Below, piece by piece: positions 57,848 through 64,000 of a stretch of 64,000 nucleotides of DNA. Numbering within the stretch: position 1 is the first letter of the stretch; each line of letters begins with the position of its first letter. A model generated the notes under the pieces. The model saw only the letters and a list, made by a program, of their open reading frames with translations. It made no database searches and had not been told where the DNA came from. The stretch comes from Candidatus Latescibacterota bacterium (lineage in GTDB: Bacteria > Latescibacterota > UBA2968 > GCA-2709665): positions 3,808,001 through 3,872,000 of the forward strand of contig OZ244937.1 in NCBI GenBank assembly GCA_965222075.1, given 5' to 3'. Both the position numbers and the translations under genes were made by a program.

Positions 57848-58912
57848 TTGAAAACGCCCCCTCTCCAAAGAATCAAGCCCGAAGTCCGGGCGATCCACGG
57901 CTACCACCTCAAAACCTACGACTGTCCGGTAAAACTCAACCAGAACGAAAGCCCCTTCGACGTTCCCGATAAACTCAAAGCAGAGATCCTCAAAACCGTG
58001 GGAGAGCGCCCCTGGTCTCGGTACCTCCAACCGATGCCCACCGACCTGGTCGAGGCGCTTGCCCGGCACGTCGGCTGGCCCCCGGAAGGCCTGATTGTCT
58101 GCAACGGCGCCAACACGCTGGTCCAGCTCGTCCTCGCCGTCAGCACCAGCCCGGGCGTCCCGATCGTGATTCCATCGCCCAGCTTCTCTCTCTACGGCCT
58201 CTATGCCAGCATCTTCAGCGGCCGGGTCGTGCCGGTGGACCCCATGCCCGACCACACCTTCAACCTCCCGGCTATCCGCGAGGCAATCCATCGGGAACAG
58301 GCGCATACGGTTATCCTCTGCTCCCCAAACAACCCCACCGGCTGTACCGTATCCAATCCGGATCTGGAAGCCCTGTTGAAGAAAACCGATGCCCTGGTCA
58401 TCGTTGACGAGGCCTACGGAGAATTCAGCAGCAGCACCGCCCTCGACCTCCTGCCCCGCCACCCCAACCTGATCGTGCTCAAAACCCTCTCCAAAGCCTT
58501 CGGCGCGGCCGGCATCCGCATCGGCTACCTCCTCGCCCACCCCAACCTGGTTCGGGAGGTCATCAAAGGAAAAATTCCATTCGACATTAACGTGTTCTCC
58601 CACACAGCCGCATTGACCCTCATAAATCGTTCGGACCTCTTCCAGGAACGCGTGGCCGCTATATGTGCCGAACGGGAGCGGGTCTTTGGCGCGCTTCAAA
58701 AGATCGACCTCGTGTGTCCCTATGCTTCACACGCCAACTTCATCCTTTTTGAGGTTGACGATGCCGATGCCGTCTTCAACGGTCTGATCGAACAGGGCGT
58801 CCTCGTCCGTAACCTCGCCGGCTATCCCGGGCTTTCAAAAGCCCTCCGGGTCAGCATCGGTACCCCGCAGGAGAACGCGTGTTTCTTGAATGCCCTTCGG
58901 GAAGTCGTCTAA
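57848..58912 (+). CDS. hisC: Histidinol-phosphate aminotransferase
   Basis: KLNQNESP, CSPNNPTG, VDEAYGEF, KTLSKAFGAAGIRIGY, LRVSIGT. Confidence 0.92.
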   Translation: MKTPPLQRIKPEVRAIHGYHLKTYDCPVKLNQNESPFDVPDKLKAEILKTVGERPWSRYLQPMPTDLVEALARHVGWPPEGLIVCNGANTLVQLVLAVSTSPGVPIVIPSPSFSLYGLYASIFSGRVVPVDPMPDHTFNLPAIREAIHREQAHTVILCSPNNPTGCTVSNPDLEALLKKTDALVIVDEAYGEFSSSTALDLLPRHPNLIVLKTLSKAFGAAGIRIGYLLAHPNLVREVIKGKIPFDINVFSHTAALTLINRSDLFQERVAAICAERERVFGALQKIDLVCPYASHANFILFEVDDADAVFNGLIEQGVLVRNLAGYPGLSKALRVSIGTPQENACFLNALREVV

Positions 58913-58968
58913 AATATCGCCATACCGAATATTGGAAAATCCTCAACCAACGGGAGTCCCACCAGACC

Positions 58969-59562
58969 ATGTCCAACCTCCGCACCGCCCGCATCCAGCG
59001 CAGAACCTCCGAAACCGACATCGACCTCTCCCTGGTCCTCGACGGTTCCGGAACCTGCCAAACCGAAACCGGCATCGGCTTCTTCGACCACATGCTCACC
59101 GCCCTTGCCCGGCACGGCCTCTTCGACCTGAAAGTCGCCTGCAGGGGCGACCTCGACATCGATGCCCACCACACCGTCGAAGATGTCGGCATCTGCCTGG
59201 GCCAGGCCCTCGCCCAGGCCCTTGGAGACCGGGCCGGCATCGCCCGGTTCGGATCAAGCTGCGTCCCTATGGACGAGGCCCTCGCCCGTGCGGTTGCGGA
59301 CCTCTCCGGCCGCCCGTATCTCGTTTACAACGCCGCCTTCTCACAGGAGATGATCGGCGCCTTCCCAACCGCCCTGGGCGCCGAGTTCTTTCGGTCGGTC
59401 GCCGACCATGCGCGGATCAACCTCCACATCGACCTTCTCCGGGGCGAAAACGCCCACCACGGCGTGGAAGCCATCTTCAAAGCCGTCGCCCGCGCCCTCC
59501 GCCAGGCCTCGGAACACGACCCCCGGGTCGTGGGCGTACCCTCGACCAAAGGCGTGCTTTAG
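58969..59562 (+). CDS. hisB: Imidazoleglycerol-phosphate dehydratase
   Basis: R.TSETDI, TGIGFFDHML, DAHHTVEDVG, NAHHGVEAIFKA, PSTKGVL. Confidence 0.95.
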   Translation: MSNLRTARIQRRTSETDIDLSLVLDGSGTCQTETGIGFFDHMLTALARHGLFDLKVACRGDLDIDAHHTVEDVGICLGQALAQALGDRAGIARFGSSCVPMDEALARAVADLSGRPYLVYNAAFSQEMIGAFPTALGAEFFRSVADHARINLHIDLLRGENAHHGVEAIFKAVARALRQASEHDPRVVGVPSTKGVL

Positions 59563-59579
59563 AAGCGGCGAAAACAGAC

Positions 59580-60752
59580 GTGAAAATCCTCCATACCATA
59601 TACGACGACGTGGACAACCCCTGGTGCGGAGGGGGGGGCGCCGTTCGGGCGCTCGAAATCAACCGCCGCATGGCCCAACGACACGAGATCACCCTGCTCA
59701 CGGGCAACTACCCCGGCGCCAGCCTCCAGGAGGTCCGCGAGGGCATTCACATCCACCGCATCGGAACAAACCGCAGCTACGCCCTCAGCCGGCTCAGCTA
59801 CAGCCTGCTGCTGCCCCGCTACCTGCGTCGACGGACCTTCGACCTCTGGGTCTACGATTTCTCTGCCTTTGCCCCCGTCCACGCACCGCCATCCCTTCGG
59901 GCGCGGGCGGTCCTGGTCCTCCACCACCTGATGGGAGGACACGCCCTCAGAAAATATTTCGGCGTGGGCCTGCTGGCCTGGGCTGCCGAAGCGGTCAATA
60001 CCCGGCTCTACCCCCGGATCATCACCGTCTCCCCCGGCACCGCATCCCAGGTCAAAAGCCGCGTGGGTCCCAACGTGGGCATCACAACCATTTATAACGG
60101 TGTGGATGCCTCTTGCTTTATCCCGGACATCCCCGACCTGCCTGCGCCGCGTCCGTCGCGGCAGGCAGGAGCGAACTACATCCTCTACTTTGGCCGCCTC
60201 GACATCTACAACAAAGGGATCGACCTCCTGTTGAAGGCCTTCGCCCAAATTGGAGGCGACTACCCCGACGTTCGCCTCATCCTGGCAGGCCGGGGTACGC
60301 AGCAGCGGCAGCGGGAATTGGAATCCCTGTGCGCTGCCCTCAACATAAGGGATCGCGTCGAAGTGACAGGCCCGGTCTCCGAAGCTCGAAAGCGGGAACT
60401 CTTCGGGGGCGCCCTCTTCACCTGTCTGCCTTCCCGCTACGAAGGCTGGGGCATCACGGCCATCGAAGCCGGCGCCGCGGGCAAAGCCGTCATCGGCGCC
60501 GACATTCCCGGCCTGGCCGATGCGATCCGCAAAGACGAAACCGGCCTCCTGGTTGCCCCCGAAAACGTGGACGCCCTGGCCGGTGCGATGCAGCACCTCC
60601 TGGGCGATCCGGAGGCGCGCCGCCGCTTCGGACAGGCCGGACGCGAATGGGCGGGGCGTTTCACCTGGGACCGGATCGCTCTGCAGCAGGAACGGGCCTA
60701 CGAACAGGCCATACGTAAAATATCCAAAAAACAGAGACGGGAATGGGACTGA
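59580..60752 (+). CDS. Glycosyltransferase family 4
   Basis: GGGA, FGRL..YNKG.DLL, PSRYEGWGITAIEA.A.G, ETGLLV. Confidence 0.9.
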   Translation: MKILHTIYDDVDNPWCGGGGAVRALEINRRMAQRHEITLLTGNYPGASLQEVREGIHIHRIGTNRSYALSRLSYSLLLPRYLRRRTFDLWVYDFSAFAPVHAPPSLRARAVLVLHHLMGGHALRKYFGVGLLAWAAEAVNTRLYPRIITVSPGTASQVKSRVGPNVGITTIYNGVDASCFIPDIPDLPAPRPSRQAGANYILYFGRLDIYNKGIDLLLKAFAQIGGDYPDVRLILAGRGTQQRQRELESLCAALNIRDRVEVTGPVSEARKRELFGGALFTCLPSRYEGWGITAIEAGAAGKAVIGADIPGLADAIRKDETGLLVAPENVDALAGAMQHLLGDPEARRRFGQAGREWAGRFTWDRIALQQERAYEQAIRKISKKQRREWD

Positions 60753-61261
60753 TTCAGGCCGTTTACACGTATGCTTTAAAATTGAAAAGCGGCACGGAAT
60801 TTTTGGCTTTCGGAAGGCCCATCGTAAAACACCTGATTCTCATCAACCAGGTGCTGGAACACACCAAAGAAATCTTCTTCATCCTCAGCGAAATCTCCCG
60901 AGCCCTCAAAAAAGGGGGCCTCCTCATCGTGGGCCTGCCCAACCTGGCCACCTGGCACGACCAGCTCCTCCTCCTGTTGGGACAGCAGCCTTCAAGCATG
61001 AGGGTTCTGGGTCCCCACATCCGGGGAATCACCCTCCCCGGCTTCAGAGCATTCGTCGAATGCGAAGGGTTCTTTCGCCTTCTGGAATACCGGGGCAGCG
61101 GCTTCTACCCCTTTTCCGTTCGGCTCAGCAGGCCCCTGGCAAAACAGTTTCCCACCCTCGCCACCTCCCTCTTTTACAAAATCGAAAGGTGCGAAAAACC
61201 GGGTACCTTTATTGACGTCCTCAAAACCCGGCGTTTTCAAACGAACTATCTGATGGGTTAA
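60743..61261 (+). pseudogene. Class I SAM-dependent methyltransferase lacking its SAM-binding core (apparent in-frame deletion)
   Basis: Retains NQVLEHT..EISRALK.GG.LIVG.PN but has no motif I (LD.G.G) between FGRPIVKH and LILINQ. Confidence 0.6.
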
Positions 61262-61279
61262 TATGACTGGAGGTACGCT

Positions 61280-63712
61280 GTGAAACGGACAAGGCCCCGA
61301 AAGCGCCGAAGAAAATCCGATACGCGTCCCGATGCCCGTACAGAACGCACAGGAACGCTTCTGGACCGTAGCGCAGCTTATCTCGCATCTCCGTGGGCGC
61401 CCGTCTGCTTCTTCGCGGTCCTCAGCATCGTCTACTTCGCCGGGTTCGTCTTCACCGACAACCAGATCCTGGGCCTCGACCCGGGCACAGCCTTCCACAG
61501 GGGGCAGGAGCCCTTCCTCCAAAAAGTCGCAGAAGTAAAGCCACCCAACTGGAGGCGCTATATGGGCGGCAACCCCGAAACCAGCAGTTTGCGGTTCAAC
61601 TACTACTTCCCGCTGCATACAATCTACTTCTTCACCAGGCTTCACACCTACTTCGGCTGGCGCTATGTCATCGCCATGTTCTGCGCCGGCTATTTCACCT
61701 ACCTGTGCATGCGCGGGTTCGGCCTGCGCCCGCTCGTCGCACTCCTCTCAGGCGTCGCCTTTTCATCGGCGCCCACCTTTCTCAGTTTCTCCTACGCGGG
61801 GCACTTTGCCAAAATGTCGGTCATCGCCCTCTTTCCCCTCATGGTCTGGAGCCTCTACCGGGGCATGGAAACCCGGCGCATCATCTACTTTCTCCTCCTG
61901 GGCGGAAGCATCGGCATGTCCGTATACAGCCCCCAGATTCAGATGGTCTACTTCTCCCTGCTGGGCCTTGGCCTCATCTTCGCCGTCAAGCTCATCGTCA
62001 CCCACGTCCGGGAGCACAACCTCATCAAATCGCTCCACCGCAGCCTGCTGGCCGCCGGAGCAATCTGTCTGGGCCTGGCCATCGGCGCCGAAGGCATCTT
62101 CCCCCAGTGGTATAACAGCAGCACCCAGACCAAACGCGGCGCCTCCCGCGGCGCGGAAAGCGAAGCGGACAGCCGCCTGGCCTTTGCCACCTCCTGGTCC
62201 CTGCACCCGGAGGAAATCGCCTCTCTCGTCGTCCCGGAATTCGTCCACTTCGACGTCCGGCAGCGGAACTACTGGGGCCGGAACGCGTTCAAAGCCAATG
62301 CGGAATACTTCGGCATCGTCGTCCTCTTCTTCGCCGCCTTCGCCCTGAGTCGAATCCGGAAAGACCCCCTGGTGCCTCTCTTGCTCATCCCCTTCCTCTT
62401 TGCAGTCGCCTACAGCCTGGGCCCACACACGCCCGTACACCGGTTTTTCTACGACTATGTCCCCGGTGTACGCGCCCTTCGCGTTCCCGGCATGATCGCC
62501 TTTCTCTTCGCCTTTCCGGCCTGCGCACTGGCCGGCCTGGGGCTGGCTCGGGTGCTCTCTGCGGAAGCCCCCGCGCCCCGGCTCCTCGTCCGCCTCACAA
62601 TCGGCGCCGCCGTGGCGGTGATCTGCCTGCTTGCGCTGGCCGTGGCCACAAAACCCCTGCTCAGCCTCTGGAACAGCCTTTTCTGGCCGGACATCCCCCT
62701 CCGGAAAGCGCAAATCGCACAGACCAACCTGCCCAACCTCAGCCGGGGCGCCCTGATCGGCGCCCTGATCGTTGCGGTCTTATGCCTCCTGACCAGAAAA
62801 CGGCTGCAAGGCACCCTCTCTCCTGCCACATTTACCCTCCTGCTCATCCCCCTGATCCTCTTCGATACCTGGCGGATCAACAAACAGCATCTCAGATACG
62901 CGGACCCGCACCACTACCCCCCAACGGAGCAGATCAACGCCGGCGTCGTACGCTTTCTCAAACAGGACGAAAGCCTCTACCGCGTGTTCCCCCTCCCCGA
63001 CTTCCGCCGGGTCACCCTGGAAGGCATCGACATCGTCACGGGATTCTACGATTTTACCATCCGGCGTTACGATCGCATCACACAGCCCGACTGCCTGCAA
63101 CACTTCCCCATCCTCAACCTTCTGAACACCAAATATATCGTGTCCACAGACCCCCTCTCCATACAGGGCTTGCAGGCGGTGGGCCGCATCGAACGGCTCC
63201 ACATCTACAAAAATCCCAACGCCCTGCCCTGGTTCTACCTTGCCCCCGACTACATCGTTGAAACGGATAAAAACCGTATCCTGGAGCGCCTGAAAGATCC
63301 CGAATTCGATCCCGCCAAAACGGCCATCCTTGAAACCGAACCGACCGGCTTTACACCCGGCGGAGACAAAAGTGGGGACCGGATCGAACAGCTTACCTAC
63401 AACGAGCGCCAGGGGATTATCGAACTCCGGGTGCAATCCGGCGGCTCCCGCCTGCTCGTCGTCTCCGAGAACCACCACCCCTTCTGGCACGCCTACGTCG
63501 ATGGGGACGAGCGACCGCTTCTGCGGGCCAACTACGTCTGGAAGGCCGTTTTGGTGCCCGCCGGCGAACACCGGGTTGCATTCCGCTACCACGACCCCAT
63601 CACCGCAGCCTGCCGGTGGGTGACCCTCTCGGCGACCGGCCTCTTCCTGGTCGGCATTGCCGCCTGGTTCCGCTGGGGCCGAATCCGCAACAAACAGACC
63701 CCCGTTGCCTGA
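61280..63712 (+). CDS. YfhO-family multi-pass membrane protein (GT-C-like)
   Basis: Many TM helices, YMGGNP, WSLHPEE, YWG...F...EYFG, LLVVSE...PFWHAYVDG..LRANY....V.VPAGEHRV.F.Y. Confidence 0.85.
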   Translation: MKRTRPRKRRRKSDTRPDARTERTGTLLDRSAAYLASPWAPVCFFAVLSIVYFAGFVFTDNQILGLDPGTAFHRGQEPFLQKVAEVKPPNWRRYMGGNPETSSLRFNYYFPLHTIYFFTRLHTYFGWRYVIAMFCAGYFTYLCMRGFGLRPLVALLSGVAFSSAPTFLSFSYAGHFAKMSVIALFPLMVWSLYRGMETRRIIYFLLLGGSIGMSVYSPQIQMVYFSLLGLGLIFAVKLIVTHVREHNLIKSLHRSLLAAGAICLGLAIGAEGIFPQWYNSSTQTKRGASRGAESEADSRLAFATSWSLHPEEIASLVVPEFVHFDVRQRNYWGRNAFKANAEYFGIVVLFFAAFALSRIRKDPLVPLLLIPFLFAVAYSLGPHTPVHRFFYDYVPGVRALRVPGMIAFLFAFPACALAGLGLARVLSAEAPAPRLLVRLTIGAAVAVICLLALAVATKPLLSLWNSLFWPDIPLRKAQIAQTNLPNLSRGALIGALIVAVLCLLTRKRLQGTLSPATFTLLLIPLILFDTWRINKQHLRYADPHHYPPTEQINAGVVRFLKQDESLYRVFPLPDFRRVTLEGIDIVTGFYDFTIRRYDRITQPDCLQHFPILNLLNTKYIVSTDPLSIQGLQAVGRIERLHIYKNPNALPWFYLAPDYIVETDKNRILERLKDPEFDPAKTAILETEPTGFTPGGDKSGDRIEQLTYNERQGIIELRVQSGGSRLLVVSENHHPFWHAYVDGDERPLLRANYVWKAVLVPAGEHRVAFRYHDPITAACRWVTLSATGLFLVGIAAWFRWGRIRNKQTPVA

Positions 63713-63754
63713 GAAGCCGTCTCAAAATTCCGTCCACGCCCGCTCACGCGTCTC

Positions 63755-64000
63755 GCCTCCCTCACCTTCGCTGCGGGGGGGAAGAGGCTTTTCCGCGCGG
63801 TTCCCTCCAGCACCATCGCCCAGCAACGCCCCAGAGGTCCGCAGGGCAGAAGCTTCCGTTTCCACCACTGGGGCTATTCGCGGAAAAGCAGCCCCCGCGG
63901 CGTCTGAGCGGCGCCCTTCTTTTTCGGCCTTTTTCTTGGGCGCGCAAGAAAAAGGCCTCGCCGAAGGCATGGGGAGGGGAAGGGCGGGGAGGGCTTTTCC
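63755..64000 (+). repeat. Mosaic intergenic repeat or MITE-like element (runs off window end)
   Basis: CACCTTCGCTGCGGGG..GGCTTTTCCGCGCGGTTCC shared with 22240-22290; GGCGCCCTTCTTTTTCGGCC shared with about 16769-16788; AAGAAAAAGGCCTCGCCGAAGGCATGGG shared with about 33925-33950. Confidence 0.75.

Overview
GC-rich bacterial chromosome segment. The organism is probably an FCB-related candidate phylum such as Latescibacterota or Handelsmanbacteria; this is inferred from the UBact locus and the FlgD-tailed cohesin/dockerin proteins. In order, the window holds: a heparinase-like catabolic cluster; a complete UBact-proteasome operon (mpa-dop-ubact-prcB-prcA-pafA); a partly decayed defence island (intact AAA_21 ATPase plus TOPRIM-like pair, broken Menshen-like DUF262/ATPase/effector genes); msrP and two amidohydrolases; two secreted surface proteins with FlgD-type tails; a 1.9 kb tandem array; an ispE-tRNA(Gln)-rplY-pth-hppA-rpsF-rpsR-rplI cluster; TPR/sigma54-activator/HtrA/M24 genes; xerD, ogt, a Panacea-type toxin-antitoxin pair and uvrC; hisGDCB; and glycosylation genes. 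The most unusual signal is the array at 30.4-32.3 kb. Its six units pair two related, inward-facing G/C-rich hairpins around what reads as the fused N- and C-termini of a DUF559 (Vsr-like) endonuclease gene. This suggests a non-autonomous, tandemly amplified derivative of a hairpin-flanked endonuclease element, and a further-reduced copy sits at 22.0-22.4 kb. Clustered frameshifts and short deletions, including one in rpsR, mean some lesions may be assembly errors. All product calls come from motif recognition by eye; no searches were run.
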